DNA of 64,000 nucleotides, taken from NCBI GenBank assembly GCA_951406725.2, contig OX597820.1, positions 42,222,001 through 42,286,000 of the forward strand, written 5' to 3'. Within the stretch, counting starts at the first letter, position 1; each line of letters begins with the position of its first letter. This document shows positions 40,115 to 53,347 of this stretch, piece by piece. The translations under genes were made by a program, and so were the position numbers. Origin of the DNA: Octopus vulgaris (lineage: Eukaryota). The notes under the pieces were generated by a model. That model ran no database searches. It saw only the letters and a program-made list of their open reading frames with translations, and was not told the DNA's origin.

Positions 40115-40330
40115 AGGCTGTGAGCGGGCAGAATAGTTAGCACGTCGGGCAAAATGCTTAGTGGTATTTCGCCCCTCTTTATGTTCTGAGTTCAAATTAC
40201 GCCGACATCGCACTTGCCTTTCATCCTTTCTGGATCGATAAAATAACTACCTCCTGAGCACTGAGGGTAGATGTAATCAAGTATCCCCACCCCCTATAAT
40301 TTCAGATAATTTCAGACCTATAGTAGTAAG
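40115..40330 (+). mobile_element. Family-A SINE nested in a family-D repeat
   Basis: Head GTGAGCGGGCAGAATAGTTAGCAC and B-box GAGTTCAAAT, with family-D motifs on both sides (40020-40070 and 40370-40430). Confidence 0.8.
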
Positions 40331-41039
40331 TAATACATCCTTCCATTTGTTGAAAACATTAAAATGAGATTTAAGAAAAAATTGGCTGCTATTTCTAACA
40401 AATCCGGCAACCAGCAGAACCTCCCTTGCGTATCCATGTTTTTGTCTATATAAGTTGCTGGAGTATAGATATCATATGTGTGATAGATATATGTGCATTT
40501 TTATTAGTCTGGATTTACGTCTCGCTGTCAGCATGACCCTCAGCGTAGCTGTGTGTATATATGTATGTACGAGTCCTTATGCATATTTGTACCGTTTCAT
40601 CTCTTCAAAGATTACGTTTGTAATACAACATGAATCTCGAATATTAAATGTATATGTACGAGTGCGCATGTACGAAAGTCTATGTCTGCATGTATGTATT
40701 GATGTATGAATTGATGTATGAATAACTGATATATATATATATATATGTCTGTGTTTATTTTCATTTGTGTGCAATATGTGAAATAGATTGTGTGTGTGTG
40801 TGAATGCTTTTGTTTATGACAAAACGTATTTCTATTAACGTTTACGTATTTATCTATTTGTGTTTTATTCGTTTTCACTTCGTCTGTTTTTATTAGTCTA
40901 TATGCTTCTGTGTATGCATGAGGGTGAGTGTCTGTCTGCGTGTGCTTGTTCTTGTTCCTGCATGCGCTCTCGCTCGCGTGTGCGACTGACTTGATTGATT
41001 ATACTAATAAGAAGAACCTTTTAAGTCGGATTATTGGAC

Positions 41040-41219
41040 AGTCTCCCATGTGAAGTCGCTGTTATATGGGACGCTCCAGATCCGGGCCAATAGCGGCAAC
41101 ACACAACGGCACCTTGATCAAACAAACCACGTTAAATAATCGTTTGCGAAACATAATGAAAGTTATTACAACATCATAGCTGATATCCGTGGGAGGCCGT
41201 GGAGTCGTAAGGTCAGCAA
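41040..41219 (-). other. Candidate exon (GC-richer unique island)
   Basis: Acceptor ATATTCCAG| at 41221-41220. The phase-1 frame is open as VADLTTPRPPTDISYDVVITFIMFRKRLFNVVCLIKVPLCVAAIGPDLERPI*. The donor is uncertain. Confidence 0.25.
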
Positions 41220-42089
41220 CTGGAATATATACATATGTATATGTGTGTTCGTGTGTGTCTGTATGTTCGTGCGTGTGTGTGTGTTTGTGTGTGTGTGTAT
41301 GTGTGTAAACACAAAAGGTGGACATGTACACAAGTAAACAAATATTAATACAAATATAATTTCGAGAACAAAAAACATCGTAACTTCACATAGAATGTAA
41401 AAAAAAGGCAAAATAATAAAATATAAGTTCTTCATCACAAAAGAGACAACAACAGTAATTATCTGAATAATAAAGTGCAGCTACGCAGAACGAGGGGTGA
41501 ACTGTTAGATATCAGAGAATTCACGATACAGATTATATTTCCGAACTAGATTATGTTGTTCGTACACGTAGCTAATGCTGTCGGGAAAGGCATAAGTAAC
41601 ACATCTGCCAAACTTATCGCTTTAAATATAGGAACTTCATAAAAGATTGCTCGAAAGAGCTGGATGATTTACCGAAAAATAGCATTTGCTTTTATGCGTG
41701 GAATCCTGTATGATATTTTAATTTTATTTCAGTGGAATAAAAATGGTGGCGGTGGCATTGCTGCTTTTAGTGAGCTGATATTCACACACGTCACATGAAA
41801 TTTCCGTTCACGAAATTGAAACAAAATGATTCAAGGAAAAAAAAAAGAAAGAAAGAAAAATTCAAATTTGCTGCAAACCTAATTCCTTTTTAACCTTTCT
41901 CTATAGTGGACGAACAGCAATGACCACATAAGAAAAATATATCAGATAAGTAAAAAAAAATAAAATATTCCTCGTATTTTATAAGGAGAACAAATGGGAC
42001 GTACTGCTACTATCATCTAGACGATCTTACGCAGATATTTTAAACCCCTTACACGCCAGCATTTTCGGTCCTGCATTAATTAAGGAAGG

Positions 42090-42262
42090 TTTTCAGAGAG
42101 GCATCAAGTGTCACTGGTGAGACGATCTACATACATTATGTTCGGAGGACCAGCTTGAGTACGGCCATACTTTGGTATCCATAGCAGTAGGTCAGTTACC
42201 AGCTCTTGTTTAGTTCATCAGAAATGTCCCACAAAGCGCAACTGCCTTTCTCTTATGATGAT
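42090..42262 (-). mobile_element. Old RTE-clade LINE fragment
   Basis: Minus translation GHF**TKQELVTDLLLWIPKYGRTQAGPPNIMYVDRLTSDT resembles the RTE C-terminal GHCWRSKDELVSDLLLW.P.HG..GRP..TYIDQL motif. Confidence 0.65.
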
Positions 42263-43689
42263 AGAAACAGACAGGACATACTGACACTCATATCTTTATA
42301 TCAGATATTTGCCATTTAGGCAATGTGTCGACTTCTGTTGAGTTACATCGAACACAACTATAGAAACCTTATATATACAGTGAATTATAGTAGTGCGTGG
42401 TATTGTTCTATCACTATTTCTTTCGTATTTGATAACAACTGAGATCACTTCCCCGCACAAGAACACTCTTGATTCAATCACTTAATGACCTTTAAATCAC
42501 CAAAAAGTACTAGGAAATTTTGTTTCGGACTCTCAGCCTTAGGTTTGGTGAAGAAAAGTATTATAAAACAGAACACACTACTTAATCTTATCGTCCTTTG
42601 AAGACTGGGAGATAAAACTGTCCTCAGTGAATTTTCATCCACAACGTTACTGGTAAGAATTAAATTCACAAGTGATGCAGTCTACATAAATGATGTGAAA
42701 TATCTATAAAGCTATATTCGAAGAACGAGGAATTGTATAAGCTGATATTTATATCCTGGAGAGTGTGGTATAACTTAAGTTTGTTTGCATGAAGTGAGAA
42801 TAAAAACTTGACCATGATCTCTACTTAAGATGAGCTCATTCCCCTTTCTTGTTTAATTTCTTCTAGAATAAAGGTCTTTTGCATTTAACACTTTTCTGAC
42901 TGTAGGTATCAAATGTGACATGAAAGACGTATTTCCTTGGCGTTCATACATCATATATGGTACACACTACCATTGCTTTTCAACCACCAGAATAACTTCG
43001 GACTTCTCAGAACGCATGGCGTACAGGTAGACAAAATGTCTGAAAACAAGCATGGACGTTTAAGATAAACTTATGAAAGTTCTTTGCGTAGGCAATGAGT
43101 TAAAACATGAAGATGAACAATTAGGACGTCCATGATTTTCCACGACTTAGACATAGTTTAAATGAAACGGCATTGACTCCCTTCCAAAAAACAGCATACC
43201 AAAAGCACAGAATGAAAATGTTTGTAAAGAGAAGGGAATAATCAATTGAAATTATCCAATTAATTAGCAGTTACTTATTTTATTTACTTTAAAGGTATAA
43301 AAAGAAACTTCGTCGCTTTAAAATATCGATAGTAATCAAAGGATAAAACAAACATAATAAAAACACAAAAAAAAAAGAAAGAATATTCATCTGTGGTGTC
43401 GTTCAACCATATTTAAGATACAACATAGACTATAAAATAAATATTTGGCTTTATTACACTGATATAAAGGCCTAGATCTCATATTTTAACTGTAATGTTA
43501 TATATTCATAACAGTAACGTTATTTAGCGCAAGATTTCATATGCTTCGGAAAGTCTTGTAGAATAAATTTCTACACAAATTGTATTTTATTGACCTGAAA
43601 GAAAATAGTTTCAGAAGACAAAATAGGATCATTGGATTTTGAACTCAAAGTTTAGTGGGATATAATTAAATATTGTGAAGATATCATAA

Positions 43690-43880
43690 TGGTTTCAAAT
43701 TTTGGTACAAGGATAGCAAATTCGACCCCATTGTTCAACTGTAATTTTTTTATCGACCTCCAAAGGATGAAAGACAAAGTCGACCTCGGTGGAATTTGAA
43801 CTCAGAACATAAAGCTGGACGAAATATTGCTAAATATTTTGTCCAGCGTTCTAATGATTGTGCCAGCTCATTGCTTTATA
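43690..43880 (-). mobile_element. Family-A SINE
   Basis: AAAGGATGAAAGACAAAGTCGACCTCGGTGGAATTTGAACTCAGAAC core in reverse. Confidence 0.85.
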
Positions 43881-44269
43881 TAATAAGGATAATAATGTTC
43901 TCGATTTTAGCTGTATAATTTTTTAAAAAAATATTGTCAATTCGTTCGATATAGTACTTGCATATTAGGTATTTTATGGACCACGTTAGAGATGAATTAA
44001 ATGTTGTTGTCTTGTAATGTCCTTGGGTCATTGAAGAGTAACACTACCTGGCATTTGAAATACAAGTTCTTCTATGAAGTAAATATTCGGTGACCTACAT
44101 CATCATGATTTCAGATATTATGCGAAGCAGTTTTACTTTTTAATACACCGCATGCGTCTATTTAGGTGGACACATTAGTAAATGCAGTTATACACACACA
44201 CACACACCCATAGACACACACACAAAGACATACAATATATATACTATGCCTTGCCTTAATGTTTGTTGT

Positions 44270-44600
44270 CCTCTTTAACAATTACCAAAGGTCCAATCTT
44301 CTCCATGGAGGATACGCACCCAATGTTATAATAGATTGGGATTCAAGGAACCACAACATTTTAATGTCTTACATCAGGTATCTGCAAGATGTAGCCGATG
44401 GTAGTCTTCAAAGAACGTCTAGACAGGTTTTATCTGCAATTCCGGATGAACCCACATCGCAGCAGGAGGAACAAAGAAGAGCGGCAACGTCCAACTTGCT
44501 CCTTCACCAAAAGCAGTACTGGAAAAATCCTCTAACGCGGTAAAGGCGGTGCACTAGCACGACCTCAGAATCTGGCTGAAACCCATAAAATATTAAAGAT
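44270..44600 (+). mobile_element. CR1-clade LINE 3' end (ORF2 C-terminus plus 3' tail)
   Basis: Frameshifted translation CYNRLGFKEPQHFNVL..VFKERLDR.LSAIPDEPTSQQEEQRRAATSNLLLHQ. The stop at 44541-44543 is followed by GGCGGTGCACTAGCACGACCTCAG..GGCTGAAACCCATAAAATA. Confidence 0.75.
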
Positions 44601-46339
44601 ATATATATGGTTAAAGAGATAATGTGCTTGATACGTGTGCTAGGTCTTGCTTACCGTTTTGTTCGAAAATAGTTGTCCTGAGGCTAAACACTAAGATCAA
44701 TACTTCTGTAGGCTTAACTTGTAACAGAGGACATTTCGAGTGCTTATGTTTATATAATTTGTTTCAGAAGTGTGTCTCAACGTATCTTGAACTCGGGGCG
44801 TTTGAATATACTCCGTCATACTCGGAAAGATCGTAACTGAATCTTACAATTCTACGTTTATTGAGTAAACGTCTTTATGTTGACCTATGCTTCGTTGATA
44901 AGTTCCGAAAGTACCAACACACGCCTCTTGTTGTCACCGTGCCAACTAATAAGAGTCAGCCATGATCGTTAAATATTTTGAATAAATTCATAATTTTTCT
45001 AAAATTATTTCCCTTATACTTTCTGAGTCGCTAATGACTGCTATTAGACATCATCTTCTTTCCCCAAATAAAAGAGAAAAAACTAAATTCATTAAGAATT
45101 TTTGGCGAACGTTCATTCAGTACATACGTATATACTTCATTTATTTCAGTCTATGACACTGATATATTTGAGTTATTTCCCTTCCCTTATTTTCTGTTTT
45201 TGATAATACATATATTAATGTGTGCATACTAACAAATTACTGTCTGCGCTCATTATGGAAATTTCAATCAGAACGTCTGCGTTTGATGTATAATATTTTT
45301 TCTGTCATATATATATTTCCTGCTTTTGTTTTCTAACATTAACTCTAATACAGCAGTTGGAACTACATACAAATCATCGTCACTCAGGATAATTGTCTGA
45401 TTGCACATAATTAACAGAAGAAAAAAGGGTTTTATTGGAAAATATAAATATATGTAAGCTCCATTAATATGTTATTTTTTTTACCGACGTGAAAGGAATG
45501 TATACATACATGCTTATGCGTGTGTGCATATATATACACTTATAAGTATATATGTGTGTGTGTGTTATACAGACACTCACACATATATGTACATGTATAT
45601 GCATACACACACACACACGCACACATATATGAATGTATATATTGAGGTATGTACACACATATATAAGTATATACACACTCAATGATGCATATCATGGTAT
45701 TCTAACTTTTGCGAGAGAGAAATGAAAAATAATTTTCCTTGTGTTATTTTGGATAATTCAGCCGGATACATATATGTGAAAAGTTACCGAAGCTGTTTGG
45801 AATAGTTTAGAGAAGCAATTAGCTTCATCTTATGCCGTGTACTAGATATTTAATACATGGGTGAGACTACACGCTGGTGTACATATTTTGTACATAGATG
45901 CATGCATACAGAACATATAAAGCCAATTCGTATCTTTAATGCAGATGTGGAGAAACTTTGGTGTAGGTTGCTAATGGGAAAATCAAAAGCACGAGTGCTC
46001 AAAAACTTAACAAATCTTTAATTTTATTAATTTAGAAATATTTAATGTATACTATTTAATAATCGTTATCATCTTAAGATTAAAATCTATGAAACTTATA
46101 TTAGGAGGCCACTGCAGATTTGAATGCGGAGAAAGTTTTGCATGAGGAAGGGGTTCCGCATCTCTTGTTTGGCGAGAAGACTAAATTTTAGTCTTGTCTT
46201 ACTAAAAAAATATTCTGTAGTAAATAGGCTTTAATGCAGCTCGGAATACCAGACTTGCTTCTTTTTAACGGACTGTATTGTTATTGGTGGAAAACAGCCA
46301 TTTCCAGTTACAACATTAGAAATACCTATCAATCGTGGG

Positions 46340-47110
46340 TATTACTATTAAAATCTTCTGTATAGATCGCACTAAAATTGAGTTCATCCCTAATCCTTTC
46401 AGAGTCGTTGAAATAAAGCACCATTGAAATAAAGGAGCCAATATATTTAATCCTACCTCCTCATACCAAAATATCGAGTCTCCCTATGTAAAAAAATTAT
46501 GTTAGTAAGAATGTCTTAGGGAAATGGATTCACAAAATCGTAAAAATGTTGTACAAAAAAATAGTTAAGGGCCTTTACGTTGAGGTTAACTTTGATTTCA
46601 CATTCCCGTAGTCAATAAAATAAAGTATCATTGAAGCACTGGTGTCGATATCATAATTCATTATGTCTCTGGGACAAATTTGCGGTTTAGTATTGTATGA
46701 TAACCGGAAATAGTATCAATGGTTGAGTTAAAGCGGTGAAGTGGCACAAAATGTCCCACAAAATGCTTAGCAGCGTTTGTTGTGGCTTTACCCTTCTGAT
46801 GAAATACGCACGGGTCATGTTCGGAGAAATGAAGAGAAATAAAAAAGAAAAGTGTGAATGGTCAAAGAAGGTAAGTATATGATGAAGGACATCTTGGTTA
46901 ATAGACAACCAAAGCTTAGGACGGAAACATTGGATCTCCTGACAAAAATGCGCAGCAGTATTAATTCTGGACGCCCGGCACCCTGGGATCAAATCGAGCT
47001 GCATCTACTTTGTATTTCATTCTTTACGGCTTGATAGACAAATTATCAGTTCTAGGTGGCAGAATTGTTAGCATTCCCGACTAGATGCTTTGTTTGTCAA
47101 TTCTGGCTCT
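46340..47110 (+). mobile_element. Cluster of old family-A-like SINE fragments
   Basis: Diverged cores (GAGGTTAACTTTGATTTCAC, GTCAATAAAATAAAGTA..CACTGGTGTCGAT) and heads (GCGGTGAAGTGGCAC, GGTGGCAGAATTGTTAGCA). Confidence 0.6.
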
Positions 47111-48749
47111 GTTATGATGCTGGCATCAAGCTGCAGTGTCCGTTTTTTTTTCTCTTCATTAACAGGTGGAGTAAAGAGAGAAAAAAAAAAAGCAGGTCTT
47201 GCATTAAAAAATCCATACACTCACACGAGAAGTAGGAGTCCTCCTGATATACTGAAATAAGAGAATAGCTTGAAACATCTAAAATGACCAGAAAAAGGAA
47301 GCGCACATACTACAATGGTATATATGTAGTCACACGTATATTCATATACATGAACAAAAATATATACACATACACATATTTATATGCACGCACAAAATAT
47401 ATACACATGCACATATATATATATATTCAGTCTAAATAGTGGGACAAAAATAAAACCAAGAAATACATATTAAAATAAATGTGGATAAGTTCGTATTCCA
47501 AGAGATTAGCAGTATGAAGTTTCAGGAATGACCCTTTAATCCGAGATAAAAGTGGAGACGATATAACTAAAGGGTTTAAGTTGAACGGAGGACTTATAAA
47601 ATCAAAGAGAGAGTGAGAAAAGAGAGAGAGACAGACAGACAGAGAGAGACATACAGACAGACAGACTGACAGACAGAGAGAGAGAGAGAGCGACAGAGAG
47701 AGTAAGAGAGAGAAAGAGAGAAAAAGTGAAAGAGTGGGGAGTAATAAACGTTGTTGGTATAGCTAATGTACTTCGAAAAGGAAGAGATAAATTAATTTTT
47801 AAATTGGTCCATATGGCAGGGTGAACACCTATTTTATGATAATTTACTTTGTTGTTTTCTACACATCAATAATGATTAAAACTGACACTTTTATTTAATT
47901 AAATAAATAAGTATAGATATTTAAGTAGCTGTGGGTTTTTTTCATTCACGACAAAATAAACAAGAAATTAAATATGAATATAGTTCAATTTTAATAATTA
48001 TTGCTACAAAGTAAATCACAAAAATTTTCTGTGATTCGGAATACAATAAAACAGATGAACCAATTAAATGTGAAAATAAGAATCCTCGGCACTATTCACT
48101 ATAAGCTCACTAAAAAATGTCGGTGGTCGCTTTGTATGTTCTCCCATGAGGGCAATGGCCAGAGCAATGCAAGAAGTCCAAGTGCCAACTCACCCATACA
48201 CACAAAGAGCTGATATAGTTTGAACGGAGAGGAATTTTCCCGTATGTATTAGAAGTTTAAACATTCTGTTTTTGCATTGTCCTATATCTAGAGGTCAGTA
48301 GACAAAATAACAATGTACTGTTTGTATGTTTGGGGCAATATTACATAGAATTGCATGTGAGACTGTAGGTATATATTCATTACAAAAATTTCACTCTGTG
48401 TGAGGGCAGGGAGGGAATGTGCGCGCGTTTGGAGATATTGACTGGTGGCGAAAATATACATGCATGGAAGGTAATGGGACGAAGAGTGATATTGATAGAT
48501 GATCCGTAGCCGGAAAAGAATTGCATATTAATGCCTATAGATGAGCTAGCGACAGGAGTGAAGAATCTTTACGCATATAAGAATACAGTGTTACGATGTA
48601 GACATAAGCAGTGTCTTTAATATTTTTGTACGGTCAAGGGAGCAGGTTGGCAGAGGGGTAAGAGCGTTAGATAGAATGCCTCATGGTATTTGTTCCGGTT
48701 TTCTGCTCCCTGAGTTCAAACCCTACTGAGGTCAGTTGTCCCTCAGTGT

Positions 48750-48830
48750 TTCTTCTTCTTCTTCTTCTTCTTCTTCTTCTTCTTCTTCTTCTTCTTCTTC
48801 TTCTTCTTCTTCTTCTTCTTCTTCTTCTTC
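48750..48830. repeat. (TTC)n array
   Basis: Directly visible. Confidence 0.95.
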
Positions 48831-48871
48831 GTCTCCTCTCACTCTTTCCCACTCTCTGAAATAAAACTTGC

Positions 48872-48972
48872 CATGGCCAGACCTAGAGAGCGATACGTTT
48901 CTCAGTTATTCAATTTCTAAGACACTCCATAATCACGACAGCGCCAAAACGTATCCATCAGAAGATGAGAGC
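48872..48972 (-). other. Candidate non-coding exon with GC donor
   Basis: Acceptor TATTTCTTCCTTTGCCCTAG| and donor ATG|GCAAGT. Stops occur in all frames. Confidence 0.3.
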
Positions 48973-49319
48973 CTAGGGCAAAGGAAGAAATAACGACTCC
49001 GTTCCAATTCGTTTGGCTTCGCTTTTCCATTTCGCGACAACAACAGTGCATATAAAAGCTACGAAATCTCTAATTATAATATGTCTTTCACTGATGAACA
49101 CAGTGTAAGGCGTAAACTTAAGCTTAGCTCTAGGTGTCCAACATATATTTATTTATTTTAATAAGTAACTTGTGATATGTTTTTCTATTTACTGTTATTT
49201 ATATTATTTATGATCTAACTTCTATATATATTTTTTATTAGAATGTATTGATCAACTTCGTAAACTAAAACATGAAAAAACATCGTGATGCATTTTATAA
49301 TCTGAGCACCACACTCACC

Positions 49320-49507
49320 CATCCACACACACACACACACTCGCACGCACACATATATATATATTTATATATATACAATTATGCATATACATGTATATAT
49401 ATATAGATATATATATATAGATATATGAATATGTCTGTGTGTGTGTGTATGCGTGTATATACTCACATAAATACATACATTCAAATCATACAAATACATG
49501 TATCTGC

Positions 49508-49567
<60 letters not shown>

Positions 49568-49606
49568 ATATATACATATATATATACATATATATATATA
49601 TATATG

Positions 49607-49660
<54 letters not shown>

Positions 49661-49775
49661 ATATATATATATATATATACCCTAAATATAACATATATAT
49701 ATATATATATACATATGTATATTCATATATATAATATATGTATGTGTGTGTGTGCTTGTGTGTGTGTATGTATTT
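49320..49775. repeat. (TA)n/(CA)n field
   Basis: Directly visible. Confidence 0.95.
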
Positions 49776-50288
49776 GAATGATTTTCTTTATGGAGCTATA
49801 CGACGCTTTCACTCTTCCATTCCACTTTGCTAACTCAAACGAACACGTTCATACACGCTTCACTCGCATATAAATATATGGCCACAGACATACGTGTGTA
49901 CATAATTTTTTTCCTGTCTATAGGAACATTTACTACACTTATCAAGTATATATGGTAGTCTCCCCGATGGTCAGCGTATGTTTAGCGAGAGAAATAAACA
50001 TTTTTTTTTTTACATGATTTGCTGACACGATGCTATTCTTCTAAATATTATTTAGTATTTCTGCTACTATTTAAGTTTATATGTGTAGCACCGGTTTGCA
50101 TTTTATCAATAGCAGTAAAAATCATATGCACAGATAAAAGGAAAACAGTCTTTTAAAGTTGTTTTCATGCTAATAATAAATAAGGCGGATTTATAAGTAA
50201 ATTAGGCGTAATAGAGAAAGCGACAACAATTTTGAATGGGAAAAAGGCCAATTATTTATTTATTTGATATTGTTATTGTCATTACTGC

Positions 50289-50358
<70 letters not shown>

Positions 50359-51012
50359 CATCATCATCATCATCATCGAAAATATGTATATGTGTATCAT
50401 TCATTGACAGCAACCTAATTTCAGCTCAGAACAAAGTGGAAAGCGTATGAAATCTTTACCATTCGTGCTACTATCATTTATGTGCAGTAGACTTATATAT
50501 GATCTTGCACGCAGAAATACGACAAAACATGGGTATAAATTTGTACACATTTATACCAACACGCAAAGAAATATATACATATCTATACACTTCCACCTAA
50601 TCACATACATATACGTAGTTATATATATATATATATATATATGTCTATGTGCAAATATGTTTGCATATATACATTACAAGCACATATACTTGCGTATATA
50701 CAAACACGAGGAGCGCTAGTGTAATATTCCCATTAAAATTTCTAACAAGTGCAGTCGAAATGGGCTTCATACAGTGTTTGTGGATATGATTATAAACTCC
50801 ATGTACAACTGGTTGCAGTCATAGTCCTGCAGTTATGCACATCACATTAAAAATCAGAGAGATGGATAATATTAGTAGACTTCCATTTCGAAACCTGAAT
50901 AATCTCCAACGCGTTCGTGAATTCACTGATTTCACATTTGTATAAAAGGATTCCTTAAGTACTTAACTTAGCCGTGTTAGCAAATGTTTAACTAATAGTT
51001 TGGTAAAATATG

Positions 51013-51098
<86 letters not shown>

Positions 51099-51099
51099 G

Positions 51100-51282
51100 A
51101 TAGATAGTCGCCCTGATAGATCGTTAGCCACTACACACATTTTTTCTCTCCTTGTTTCTATCCTTGTGTTTTCTGTGTTCCTTTCTGTAGAAGAGCGTAG
51201 GCTCCAAACGTAAAAGACTTTTTCTATTTCTGAGCGTTATACTATTACATCTGTTTGTTTTGTACACCACCTGTCTTCGTCT

Positions 51283-51285
<3 letters not shown>
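51100..51285 (+). mobile_element. Penelope-like terminal-repeat remnant with a degenerate hammerhead-like motif
   Basis: CTTT-CTGTAGAA-GAGC-GTAG-GCTC-CAAA-CGTA-AAAG at 51181-51216, between (TA)n tracts. Confidence 0.5.
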
Positions 51286-51354
<69 letters not shown>

Positions 51355-51539
51355 TTTCTATTATTTGGCGTAATGACTCTCCCCAGTTGTAACAGTATAT
51401 ATATACATATATATACATTCGACTAAAGGCACTGCTCCACCAGTCAAATGACCGAAACAAGTAAAAGGATAAAAGAAAAAATAGATAAATAGATAAATAT
51501 ACACTTTGCCATTTGAAGATGGTATAGAAACATTAAAAA

Positions 51540-53050
51540 GCAAATAATTTTAACAAATTAGTAAATGTTGCAATGGTCGTAAAAGATTATGTTCAGATGG
51601 AGCAATGTCAAGAAGATTAGGAAAATGAGGCAACATATCCATATGTCTTCCATCGTAATCTTCACTTGAATGACTAGGCCAATATGTGGTCTTGCATTAT
51701 CATGTATGAGTAACACCCCTTTTCAAATAATTTTGGAAATGTTTGTGCAAAGCTTTCCAATTGACAACAGTACTTTTCTGTATTAACTATTTTGTTTTGT
51801 TATAACACTTCATGATAGATAACATCCTTAATATGCTACTAAACTCAAATCACAACTTTTTCCAAGACTAATCCTACTTAAAGATTGATTCTCCTTTTAT
51901 CATTGGGTGCTAACCATTTTCGTTTACGTTGGATGGGATCAAAAATAACCAAATCTTCATCATTTCTGGTGATTTCACCAGGAAAGAATCTGTAGTATAT
52001 CTGTTCCTCAATGACAAGGAGCGCGGAACTTATATTCGAAGATAAGGAGCCAATCCAAACAGCTAGAATTCTAATGTACTCAAAAAGAATACTGGATTTA
52101 GGGTATGAATAAATAGTATTCCTCTCTAAGTACCTGGAACATTGACTCAAAACATGGAGCTTCAGGATCATCTTCGTGGTATATACACCAAGTATCTCAT
52201 GTGGGCTCAAACATCTGTTGCTGTGAGCACTAAAGCAAGGAAGAAATTTATGGTCATATTTTACTTATCTCTACTATTATTGTTAAACTCAAGATATGTT
52301 TTTTTTTTCCACTCACATTGCAGTATATTTTGTCACTTGGAGCACTGCTACGCTGAGAGAAATTCTGTTGGAACTGAGAGATCCGATGTTGGACATTTTG
52401 GAAATGAATAACAAAAAAAAAAAAAAAATCGGTAACTCTATAATCAGAGCATAAAAAGTAATTCCACCCATGAACTAGAAGGAAGTTACAAGGAAGATAT
52501 CAAATCGCTGCTAGAAATGGATTATGAGGTACCTGTCAAGCTGAGGTCAAGCTGAAGTAATGAGCACGCACAACTTGACTCACCGCCGTGATTTACACAG
52601 GCTTATGTTGCCAAAAAAGAATCATGCTGAAACGTTTGTTATTATGAGTTTTATGCATGTGATGTGTTCAAAGAACCTGTATATGCGTCTGAACAACATA
52701 ATCCTTGCATGGAGATCTCGGAATGTTTACGTTGGATATGATAAAAAATAACCAACTCTTCATCATTTCTAGTGATTTTACCAGGAAAAAATCTGTAGTA
52801 TATCTGTTCCTCAATGGAAAGGAGTGTGGACCTTATATTCGAAGATAAGGAGCTACTCCAAACAGCTACAATTCTAACGTACTGAACAGAGCTGCTTAGA
52901 CGTTGTGATATCTGTGTAAATTTTTACACGATAATGACGTGTTGCCATTTGTAACCGTCATTTTCCTACAGTTCATCTTGTCAGAGTAGAGTCCTGCAGC
53001 TAACGTAGGTGAAGAACAAACATTTTGAACCATGAAAATTTTTTCATGGG
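51540..53050 (-). mobile_element. Highly degraded mariner-like transposase region with internal duplication
   Basis: Minus translation ITRNDEDLVIFDPIQRKRKWL (compare IVTGDEKWI.YDN..RKRQW) and VIYHEVL*QNKIVNTEKYCCQLE..LIHDNARPH. Boundaries are approximate. Confidence 0.65.
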
Positions 53051-53117
53051 CTAATGTACATTTGTCTACCAATCAGACAATGCAAAACTTACAATGCCAG
53101 CTATTATATTTAATAGA

Positions 53118-53347
53118 GGCGGCGAGCTGGCAGAACCGTTAGCACGCCGGGCGAAATGCGTAGTCGTATTTCGTCTAACGATACGTTCTGAGTTCAAATT
53201 CCACCGAAGTCGACTTTGCTTTTCATCCTTTCGGGGTCGATAAATTAAGTAGCAGTTACGCACTGGGGTCGATGTAATCGACTTAATTCGGTTGTCTGTC
53301 CTTGTTTGTCCCTTCTGTGTTTAGCCTCTTGTGGGTAATAAAGAAAC
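53118..53347 (+). mobile_element. Young full-length family-A SINE monomer with 14-bp TSD
   Basis: ATATTTAATAGAGG at 53106-53119 and 53348-53361. The head, B-box, core and tail are intact. Confidence 0.93.

Noticed and set aside
41490-41830. Possible mariner left end (CGAGGGGTGA...)
   Set aside because: No matching right TIR or transposase motif was found.
48890-48956. Pre-miRNA-like hairpin (GATACGTTT/AAACGTATC)
   Set aside because: Only 9 bp pair and the interior does not fold into a stem. No conserved miRNA was recognised.
53118-53205. tRNA-like genes with A/B boxes (also 57295 and 60213)
   Set aside because: They are SINE heads continuing into core and tail with TSDs, and have no proper cloverleaf or terminator.
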